Source: Octopus sinensis
Lineage: Eukaryota
Assembly (NCBI RefSeq): GCF_006345805.1
Contig: NC_042998.1
Location: forward strand, 184,264,001 to 184,328,000
DNA: 64,000 nt
Reading direction: 5' to 3'
The number at the start of each line of letters is the position of its first letter. Within the stretch, counting starts at the first letter, position 1. Below the pieces are notes generated by a model. It saw only the letters and a program-made list of their open reading frames with translations, had not been told where the DNA came from and did no database searches. Below are positions 38,915-49,904 of the stretch, piece after piece. Position numbers and translations under genes: made by a program.

Positions 38915-41475
38915 AGCCTGCCTTCCCAGGAATTACCAGGCATGTCACCTGGCATATATATATATCTACCCATATATATGGATATATAATTAATAATATC
39001 AGGGTAAAAAAAATTTTAGAAATTTTTTTTACTATCAGTGGCCTAGTGTGTAGAAAAATTAGTCAATAGACTATATATTATTCATATAAATACAGTGTAT
39101 TTAAATGTACACTGTATTTATATGAATAATATATGTATATATATATATATATATCACAATCAAGGAACGGCCATAATAGGCCATTCACCCACTAGAAATA
39201 ACAGCCAAAAAGCTTCAACCGCAAAATAACATTAATTCCGTAAATCAGGAGAAAATTAAAAAACATTTACCCTGAAATTCCTTAGACGATGCACCGTTTC
39301 TTCTACTGTTTAATGGTAAATTAACCTGATTAAATTAAATCAAGCCAATCTACCATAGGCCTTAGATTCATCAGTAAGGAATAGCCAAATCGGAACAGAT
39401 ATTTTTCACGAGGCATTCTCGTCCATGCCTCGCCAATATCTGACCTAAAATTTTCAAATCGTCGCACTCGCGCCAAATTTATCGGCAGCAAATAAATATA
39501 AGCCGCCGATTCCATTACGGAACCAACCAGAAAATTCATAATTAATCAATATAGGGAGGCAAAAAAATTTTGTAGAATTCTTTTGCCCCCAGCGGCCTAG
39601 TGGGAAAAAATTAAATATCATAAACCATTTTTAAGTTCAATATCACAATCAAGGAACGGCCATAATAGGCCATTCACCCACTAGAAATAACAGCCAAAAA
39701 GCTTCAACCGCAAAATAACATTAATTCCGTAAATCAGGGGAAAATTAAAAACATTTACCCTGAAATTCCTTAGACGATGCACCGTTTCTTCTACTGTTTA
39801 ATGGTAAATTAACCTGATTAAATTAAATCAAGCCAATCTACCATAGGCCCTTAGATTCATCAGTAAGGAATAGCCAAATCGGAACAGATATTTTTCACGA
39901 GGCATTCTCGTCCATGCCTCGCCAATATCTGACCTAAAATTTTCAAATCGTCGCACTCGCGCCAAATTTATCGGCAGCAAATAAATATAAGCCGCCGATT
40001 CCATTACGGAACCAACCAGAAAATTCATAATTAATCAATATAGGGAGGCAAAAAAATTTTGTAGAATTCTTTTGCCCCCAGCGGCCTAGTGGGAAAAAAT
40101 TAAATAGTCATAAACCATTTTTAAGTTCAATATCACAATCAAGGAACGGCCATAATAGGCCATTCACCCACTAGAAATAACAGCCAAAAAGCTTCAACCG
40201 CAAAATAACATTAATTCCGTAAATCAGGAGAAAATTAAAAAACATTTACATTGTTCAGGGTAAATGTTTTTTAATTTTCTCCTGATTTACGGAATTAATG
40301 TTATTTTGCGGTTGAAGCTTTTTGGCTGTTATTTCTAGTGGGTGAATGGCCTATTATGGCCGTTCCTTGATTGTGATATTGAACTTAAAAATGGTTTATG
40401 ACTATTTAATTTTTTCCCACTAGGCCGCTGGGGGCAAAAGAATTCTACAAAATTTTTTGCCTCCCTATATTGATTAATTATGAATTTTCTGGTTGGTTCC
40501 GTAATGGAATCGGCGGCTTATATTTATTTGCTGCCGATAAATTTGGCGCGAGTGCGACGATTTGAAAATTTTAGGTCAGATATTGGCGAGGCATGGACGA
40601 GAATGCCTCGTGAAAATATCTGTTCCGATTTGGCTATTCCTTACTGATGAATCTAAGGGCCTATGGTAGATTGGCTTGATTTAATTTAATCAGGTTAATT
40701 TACCATTAAACAGTAGAAGAAACGGTGCATCGTCTAAGGAATTTCAGGGTAAATGTTTTTTAATTTTCTCCTGATTTACGGAATTAATGTTATTTTGCGG
40801 TTGAAGCTTTTTGGCTGTTATTTCTAGTGGGTGAATGGCCTATTATGGCCGTTCCTTGATTGTGATATTGAACTTAAAAATGGTTTATGACTATTTAATT
40901 TTTTCCCACTAGGCCGCTGGGGGCAAAAAATTCTACAAAATTTTTTGCCTCCCTATATTGATTAATTATGAATTTTCTGGTTGGTTCCGTAATGGAATCG
41001 GCGGCTTATATATTATTTGCTGCCGATAAATTTGGCGCGAGTGCGACGATTTGAAAATTTTAGGGCAGATATTGGCGAGGCATGGACGAGAATGCCTCGT
41101 GAAAAATATCTGTTCCGATTTGGCTATTCCTTACTGATGAATCTAAGGGCCTATGGTAGATTGGCTTGATTTAATTTAATCAGGTTAATTTACCATTAAA
41201 CAGTAGAAGAAACGGTGCATCGTCTAAGGAATTTCAGGTAAATGTTTTTTAATTTTCTCCTGATTTACGGAATTAATGTTATTTTGCGGTTGAAGCTTTT
41301 TGGCTGTTATTTCTAGTGGGTGAATGGCCTATTATGGCCGTTCCTTGATTGTGATATTGAACTTAAAAATGGTTTATGACTATTTAATTTTTTCCCACTA
41401 GGCCGCTGGGGGCAAAAGAATTCTACAAAATTTTTTTGCCTCCCTATATTGATTAATTATATATATATATAATAT

Positions 41476-41547
<72 letters not shown>

Positions 41548-41746
41548 CATTATTCATATAAATACACTGTATTTATATGAATAATATATAGTCTATTGAC
41601 TAATTTTTCTACACACTAGGCCACTGATAGTAAAAAAATTTCTAAAATTTTTTTTACCCTGATATTATTAATTATATATCCATATATATAGGTAGATATA
41701 TATATATGCCAGGTGGCATGCCTGGTAATTCCTGGGAAGGCAGGCT
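38915..41746. mobile_element. 2.8-kb foldback-type palindromic element with internal 489-bp tandem repeats
   Basis: Ends AGCCTGCCTTCCCAGG...CCTGGGAAGGCAGGCT flanked by TA; arms are near-identical reverse complements meeting at about 40249-40260; tandem unit starts at 39154, 39643 and 40133. Confidence 0.75.
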
Positions 41747-42309
41747 TATCCCTTGGTTCCATTCACCTAATTGTTTCATTAATCCAGTAACAATACAAAG
41801 TTTGTAGCCCTTAAAACAGTTTTTGTGTATTTATTGAGAATACTGAACTGTCTTACAAATGATCTTGTTTTTAGGAATTCCCAATAAGTTATGAATACCC
41901 AAATTGTGGAGTCAGTTATATAATAGCATGAAATTAATTACCCTATAAGACTTCAAATAAAGTAGTCTCCAAAAAGGGATTTAATATGTTTCCAGAGTAT
42001 ATAGACCTTAGGAGGAAATACTAATAAGGTATGTATACTAAAATTGTGAAATGTTACGTAATAACAGGCTAATCAGATATAAGATAACAATTCAAAGTAA
42101 ATAACTGTGAATATTACCCTCAGCAGCGCTAGTGTTGGTATATTTGTGAATGAGTCACTAACAGAAATAAGTGGATCTATTGTTTAGGAGAATACTATTT
42201 ACTTGTTCAAGCTTTGTACTGGATAAACTGAGAAAATAACTAAAATAGTTCAAATACTAAGAAATAAGCATATTCAATTTCTTTTTTACCAAAAAATTTA
42301 TGAAGGAGG

Positions 42310-42548
42310 GAATGGGTTATTTCCCTTGGAAGCTTAAAAGTAATTATGCCTACCGTTCAACTGTGCCCAAATGTTATTCCTCCCGCCGTTTACCCAAATA
42401 TTTTTTTGAAATCAATTAATACTTAAAACCTCCCCAGACATATAAGCAATGTGCGTGTGAAGTTTAAGAAAAATTGGTCAAGCTGTTTTGGCACAAAATG
42501 AGGACACACACACACACAGACAGACATTTTCAGTTTTAATATGTAAGA
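42310..42548 (-). mobile_element. Helitron-like 5' remnant
   Basis: Minus strand A|TCTTACATATTAAAA followed by ctgtctgtgtgtg, the same layout as the 25369-25694 element. Confidence 0.5.
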
Positions 42549-43287
42549 TTATATGCTATCTAATACTTCAATATAATAATAGTCAACAAAATTGTTGGTT
42601 GATTGACTGATTGATTTCTAGTCATGCTTTACAATGTATAGAGAGAGGGAAAGTGAGAGAGTAAACGAGATACAGAGAGAATCAGCATAAGAGGTGCAGA
42701 ATGAGTGCACATACTATGCTTGACAGCAGGCAATGAATAAAAGAATGCTACAAATACTCAATAAGAAAGAAAGAATCATACAGACAGAAGAGAAGGAGAG
42801 GGAGTAAATGATATTGTTAAGGGAGGACATAGCCCCATCCCAACCAAGTTAAAAATAGAAATTTCTTCAATTTATACTTTAAGATAATAAATATTTTCAT
42901 TTTGAAAATTAATATTAACTTCATTATTTTGTACAAGCACTCTGAAATTTGATTTTAAAAAATTATTGTTGTATGTATGTATTATTTTGTGATGTTACCC
43001 CTGGTAGCAAAAGTTACAAATCATATGACAAGTAATGCTCTGGTATTAATATAATTAACACAACATGTGAGATATGTTCCTTCAGTTACAGACCCCATTC
43101 AAGTAATGTGATTGGCTGAAGATAATCTTTGCCAGCTAAGTAACTACTGTGTTGCTGCACCAATCCCAGTTCTCTGAAATACAATAACTTTTTTGGCAAG
43201 AGTCTCCAAATAAATATAAATAAAAACTGAAGACTTGAGGCTCCAATCATATGCAAAGAACTTCAAACTTTTTAAGGAAAATCTAGA

Positions 43288-43669
43288 AGGCATAGGAGTG
43301 GCTGTGTGGTAAGTAGCTTGCTTACCAACCACATGGTTCCGGGTTCAGCCCCACTGCATGGAACCTTGGGCAAGTGTCTTCTACTATAGCCTTGGGCCAA
43401 CCAAAGTCTTGTGAGTGGATTTGGTAGAAGGAAACTGAAAGAAGCCCGTTGTATATATGTATATATATGTGTATGTGTTTGTCCCCCCAAACATCGCTTG
43501 ACAACCGATGCTGGTGTGTTTACATCTCCGTAACTAAGCGGTTTGGCAAAAGAGACCGACAGAACAAGTACTAGGCTTACAAAGAGTAAGTTCTGGGGTT
43601 GATTTGTTTGATTAAAGGTGGTGCTCCAGCATGGCCATAATCAAAATAACTGAAACAAGTAAAAGAGTA
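43288..43669 (+). mobile_element. tRNA-derived SINE, family A
   Basis: Same head, body and tail as the other copies. Confidence 0.85.
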
Positions 43670-45131
43670 ATTACATAATTTAATATCCTTCTTAGTGAAG
43701 GTACGTGATTTAGTGGGGTTAAGGTATTCAGCTCATGATCTTAAAGTCCTAAGATCACTTCCTGGCAGCACCTGTAATTCAAAGGACCAGCCTTGTCACA
43801 TTCAGTGTCATGCTGAATCTCCCTGAAAGCTACGTTAAGGGTACATGTGTCTGTAGAGTGTTCAGTCACTTGCATGTTAATTTCACGAGTAAGCTGTTCT
43901 GTTGAGCAGATCAACTGGAACCTTCATCATCACAACTGTCAGAGTGCCAGTTCAATGTCCTTGTATTAATATAGTAGGGTTTGATTTAAATGAGATTTTG
44001 CTACTTTTAGCAGTAACTCAAGCACCCATGTACAGACTTCCACATAGACTGACTAAACATATATATATATATATATGGAAATGATTCATATGGTACCTCA
44101 TTCAGCCACAATCCTTAGTCTAGTATATTAACTAGACACTTACTCTGTAATTGTTTAAAATAACTAATGCTGCATATAGTGGCTATAAACATAACACAAA
44201 ATATATGTAACTAGCTTAAGGTGATGTGGGTTGTTACTTTCTGTTGCTTCCTTTCTGTTTCTTATCACCACATTCACCCTCTTTGTTTCTCTCTCACTTT
44301 CCCACTATCTTACACTTCCTTTCTCTCAGACTCTCCCTCGCTTTCTCTTACTCTATCTCTCTCCTATTTCTAAAAAATTAGATTTCTGCTCTTAAATTAC
44401 AAATCCGCTTCCACTTTACCGTGTTGAAAATTTGATTGAAATCGGGCAAAAGGTGTCCAATCTAAACCCCCAAGTGTCCCAAAAGTTCCCAAGTATCCCA
44501 AAAATTCAATAAAATCCCCGTTTTCACACTAAAGCTACCAAAACGTCTCCCAATCAATTTCTCACTTCAAGTTACCCACTCCTGTAAATTTTAATCCCCT
44601 TCCATCCCCATTTAGACCCCTTTTTACATAAAAATCCAATTTGCATCAATGTTTGCCTTCTTCATTTTATAGAATTGCTCGGGATTAAAATAGTTTATTA
44701 TTGTTTTACTTGTTTCGGTATTATAACCCGATTTCATTTGGGTCTAAGTGGGCCACATTTTAAAAGATGAGGAATTTTGCCCTAGAGGCCATGCCTTTCA
44801 ATTGAGCAAACTCAAAGTTGCCATACAAACTCGCATATTTTCAGCTCAATCTGACCACATATGCACACATTATATATATATATATATATATATACATACA
44901 CACACACATTAAATATGTACATATATACACATTATACATATATGTATACACACACATATATATGTATATATATATATATATTTATATACAGTTGAGGTTA
45001 TAAGAGATAATAGTGTCATTGAGACCCAAAAGTGTTAGGTAATGCTGAATAAGTGCTATAGACATACCATAGTTAAGTTCCAGATTCGGTAATATTGTGA
45101 ATAAAGGGTTCAACATTGGTTCTACGTCAGC

Positions 45132-45290
45132 ATATGCATATAAGAATTTTTGCGTAATGAGTTAAAAAAATCACGTCTGTATAGATATTAGAGGATTTAT
45201 AGATAGATAGATCTATATATAGATCTATGCTCTAATATCTATACAGCCTTGGTTTTTTATCTCATTATGCAAAAAATTCTTATATATATT
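45132..45290. repeat. Short palindromic MITE-like element
   Basis: atataagaatttttgcgtaatgag...ctcattatgcaaaaaattcttatat arms around central agatctatatatagatct; followed by (TA)n. Confidence 0.65.
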
Positions 45291-48200
45291 TATATACACA
45301 TATATATATATAAATTAACACAATATATCTGATTAATATCTGTTCTTTTTCCCATAGCAACCACATCTTTATAGTCTGCGAATTTTAACCATCGCGGGTC
45401 TCATCCTCACCATGCATTTAGTATCCCTGCCAATTTTCAGCTTGATCCTAGCCTCGGTTTGGCCACCATTAACCGTCAAAGCAAAATGTGTATACAATTT
45501 TCGTCAAAGGACTGTTTTATAGATACAGATAAAATAGAAATAAGTATATGCTCTATTATATTGACTAATTAATAAACATGAATGGGAGTTGACAATAACA
45601 AAGCAATGGAAGGATACTGGCAAGAATTTCCGAAGGATGAACAATATTAATGAATGACTTGGTATTATTTGTAGAAAGTGCCAGATTTTCTTTATTTTGG
45701 TTGTGTTCATTAAGTATTTAGTTAGTTTGTTGTTCTGGTATTGTTTTCCACGAGCTGTATGAATGATATTCATACAATGAATATTATACAAATCAGTGCT
45801 GATTGTGCAGATACAGGATGTACTGGTTGGCAGTTGGTTTAACAATTAAGTGAAATCTAGATGTGGCTTGCCTCTGCCTGGTCCAAAAACAAAACTACAC
45901 TCCTCAAACAAAAAGTGATTAATCATATCAGGTGCAGTATGGACACTCAAATCTGTCAGAATTAGCAGTCAAATCTCCTTCAAACTACTCCCTACTAAGT
46001 TTAAAATCATTGAAAATGAGGATTTGTAATATATTCTGTTTTTTACTGTTGTTAGAGAAGAGCTAAGTAATGCAGCTATTATTAAAGTTTTGTTGAACAA
46101 GTATTTCCATATATTTATGTATGGCTGGTGTTGTTTTGTGTATGATGTATATCTGTGGCTAAGTTGGAAGCTGGAGGTTATTGCGATATAGCAATGGATG
46201 AATGTCTCAAACAGTTATCATCATTTAGAAATTGCAGTTGTACAATTCAGACCTTTTCCAGGAAACAGAAGTGTAACTGAAAATGACAGAGCTTAGATAT
46301 CCAATCACACATTTCTAGTGAGAAAAAGGGTTTCTTTTTCTGAACAAAAGCTTACAAGATGAAACGTGTAAATGTATGGGAATAAAGCATAGGTGAACAT
46401 GGAATAAGCTCTGCGTTTTGTTGGGCATATGAGAAACTCATCATCATCATTTAACATCCATGTTCCATGCTGGCATGGGCTGGATGGTTTTGACAAGATC
46501 TAATGGCCTAAGGACTGCACTGTGCTCTCATATATGTTTTGGCACAGTTTTTATGGTTGGATGCTCTTCCTAATACCAACCACTATACAATGTGTACCAG
46601 GTGCTTTTTTTTTTCATGTCAGTAGCACTGAGTTTGCCATGCAGCTTGCAAGACTATGAACCCTGAGGGGGTAGCTTTATATTAGAAGATGGAGCAGGGT
46701 GGGTAAATGTATGGGAGAAGGGGCCAGAGCAGAACAGGTTTTTAGCTGTACTTCACATACTCTAGTGAACCATTCAGAAGAGGTTGTTGATTTTAAAAAA
46801 TTTTGTGATTTGATATATAAAACGCCATATCTAAGACGATTGCCTCCGTTACTTAGCAGACAGTTTTCGACAGGTGGGTATGTAAAGTATATTTATTTCT
46901 GTATGTAGCATGCATAGTGCCTGAGGTAACATGTACATTTTAATACGCAAGTCTAAAAGTGTTTAGAGGAATTTTGTAGCGAGATGTAGTGAGGAGGCAA
47001 TGAAGTAGATATTATAATACAAACTGATGGTTTAAAACTGATCATCAATAGCAATAATTTGGCCAGCCTCAGAGGTCCTTAGGTTATAGTGCAGTCCATT
47101 CCTCCGAAGAACTCGCTACCAATCTATCTATATATATATTCCATATAACCTATCAAAGACAGTCCACTGCAGTCATGGTCGCGCCGTATTTACTTTTCAT
47201 GCGTAGTATACCAAGAGGGTAGGGCGTGATTTGAGGGAGATTTTGGCAGCTGTTTCTAGTAGGTCGAGCGATAGAATGTCATCTCCCACAAGTATAAAAA
47301 TTTACGAGAAAAACACACCTGATGAGGAAGACATGCAAAGCTATGACATCATTGAAGAACATCAGAATTGACGGTGTGATAGATGAAAAACGTGACACAA
47401 ACATTTTGTTGTACTGCTACTGAAGAAACTTCAGTTGCTCGACCAGCAAGAAATAGATCCAAATATACCCCGAAGTCACATCCCAATATCTTAAAGAAAA
47501 AGGGAAAGGCATATAGAAAAATGTAGTCCTGGATATACAAGGCAGGATGGTCATAGTTGGAGAGTTTTTGATCACAAGTTTACTGAATCAAGGTCGACTT
47601 GGAACGAAACAACAACAACAACCAAATGACTCATTAGGTAATTTTAATAGGTAATTCAGGTAATTTATAATAGCTAATTCATTATTTAGAAACTGCCAGT
47701 TTGAGAAAACATCGCCATTTTTTATGTTTACGTAATCATACACAAATATATTTATTTTGATGTACGTCCTTTGATGTTTAAATACGTTTACTACAATGTC
47801 AGACTGGAGTATATTTAATGCAATGAACCGAATAGTAAGGTTTGTTTAGAAATCTTTTCTTTCAGAAGGTATGGACGGAAATATAGTCTTAATAAAAACG
47901 CTCCAGCAGCAGCTACGTGTTGGTAAAGTTTACAAACAATCAAGTTATCGTTTACCACGAGTTTCCTTTCGCAAAATCACAATGCTAAATAGTTGTGATC
48001 TTACAAAGCTGTGCAACGAGATTACGAAAGTATACACAAACTAGACTATACCCCCATTCCATCAACAATCAACCAGATGCAAAATGGTAAAAAACTACAA
48101 AGAATTTTCAGCATTAAACAATTTTCTACGAGTAATTCGTTTAATATATTTATCTTCATTTTTTTTTAATTATTATTTGTAATCGAAATAAATGAGATAA

Positions 48201-48955
48201 ATTATTTGTTTTCGAAAGAAAAACAACTTGTAGCAGTTATATTTATTTCTTTACTACCCACAAAGGGCTAAACACAGAGGGGACAAACAAGGACAGACAA
48301 AGGGATTAAGTCGATAACATCGACCCCAGTGCGTAACTGGTACTTAATTTATCGACCCCGAAAGGATGAAAGGCAAAGTCGACTTTCTCACTCAAATGTT
48401 CTACCAAAGAACAACAATGACTTAACCTCAAATAGTATTTTTCTTTTTTTCCCCCTTTTTAATATTCGAATAAATTATCTCTTTTTTTTCATTCTTATAG
48501 CATATAACAAACAATATTGCTGCATAGTGTGATAATTCATTAGAGTGGATTTATAAAACAATTAAAAAAGTACAGTCTGTTACAAAGAAGGATGAGCGAT
48601 TTCAGTGTTATCATAACATTCATTTACTTTCTGTACAATTTAGGAGGAAACTGGAAAATTTTTTGATTGGAATTAAATACGATTTCGATCAATTATAATA
48701 AAGGAGAGAAAAAAAAACAATCAATATAATGGGAAGAGTTACTAAGCAAAACAAATGAAGCACACAGAAAGAAATATGATGATTATCTGATTAGCAATTA
48801 TCGTTTTAAATTATTTCTTTGGCGTTAACAGAAAACAAAACAAAATGCGCAAAGTTTTGAATGGAGATAATTAAAACAATTATAAACATTTAAATGAGGG
48901 ACAAAACTATGAATCGTAACAGGTTAAGAGAGAAAATGACTGGAGCAGTTCCTAC

Positions 48956-49391
48956 CTGATCCAAATTTGTTCTTGTAGAGTTCTCCATTAGTGTTTTTAC
49001 ATCTGACAGGCAAAATCATGCAATGAACTGATTCATCCCATTGATACTTGAACCCTTTAATATCTTTATCAAGAGGAGTCGGTGGGGTATTTAATGGAGG
49101 TTTCAATTCAGACTCGTCTGCAACACTTAAGGTTTGATCATGAATCACGATATGCGTAGTCTTGATACCTGCTTCTTGAAGCTGCTCTGCAGAGAGTATA
49201 CCTTGAGATGTTGCAACAAACACTTGATCTGCTGGAATGGTACCGTTGTTAGTGACCACAGAAGGGGTGACAGAGCCAGCACCACTGTCCGTACCTGGAT
49301 GGTCGGAGGCAGTCTGCTGTGGGTCCTCCTCCTCCGTGAAGGCGGGATCGTCACCATTCGGTAGCGAGTCGGAAATATCGACTTCAGACAT
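48956..49391 (-). CDS. DEAF1: DEAF1 coding exon 1 (acidic N-terminus and start of SAND domain)
   Basis: ATG at 49391; MSEVDISDSLPNG...YQWDESVHCMILPVRCKNTNGELYKNKFGS resembles DEAF1 [28 protein letters not shown]; donor gtagga, phase 1. Confidence 0.93.
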
Positions 49392-49865
49392 AACAGTAAA
49401 GAAACTCTCCAGTCGACAAATTTTTCAGTCGGATTCTCTAATTTTGATTTGGGTTCAGGCATAAATATCAATGAAGGTAACTGAAAAAATGAAATGCACA
49501 TTAATTTCTGAGTCTTTCGGAAACAGTGAAACCTGAATTATTTTGCCATAAGCTTTGCTCGGAAATTTCCGTTGTTCGCCGCATTGAAGGACGAACGATG
49601 GCGGAAAAATGAAGTCCTCGTAGCTAGTAAGATAGATACTCTCGAACCTATGCTATTATTTTAAAACAGAAAATATTTGAAATTTATTTCTAAACATAAA
49701 ATGAATTTCTAATTAAAAGAAATAAAAATACGATTAAAATATATACTTATATTTCTTTTTGAATTCAAAAGCATATATCTGTACGTTGTCTAATAAACAT
49801 CTCTGCGTCAAGAGTATATTTTTGGAGTTAGTCACGGAAGGAAAAGAAACTAAAAATGACTTGAC
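49392..49865. promoter_or_regulatory. Bidirectional promoter / 5' UTR interval between DEAF1 and PATL1
   Basis: Divergent start codons 475 bp apart; locally CpG-rich at 49500-49650; YY1-like ACGATGGCGG near 49595-49604; DEAF1-consensus-like CTCGGAAATTTCCGT at 49558-49572. Confidence 0.7.
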
Positions 49866-49904
49866 ATGGAAGGTTCAATTTTGGACTATGAATCTGAGTT
49901 TTCT
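49866..49904 (+). CDS. PATL1: PATL1/Pat1 coding exon 1
   Basis: ATG...MEGSILDYESEFS then gtgagt donor, phase 0, matching the next exon; loosely resembles invertebrate Pat1 N-termini (M.DS.F.FDT). Confidence 0.7.

Noticed and set aside
39330-40028. Repeated 66-69 aa ORFs (MNFLVGSVMESAAY...) in the tandem unit
   Set aside because: Short, frameshifted between copies, and no known motif; a by-product of the repeat.
40644-40680. CTGATGA followed by a hairpin in the 489-bp unit; other CTGATGA hits at about 29375, 47320 and 3684 (-)
   Set aside because: No correctly placed GAAA, stem III or cleavage triplet, so these are not hammerheads.
39154-41460. Tandem repeats considered as a CRISPR-like array
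   Set aside because: Units are 489 bp and near-identical with no unique spacers; the context is eukaryotic with no cas genes.
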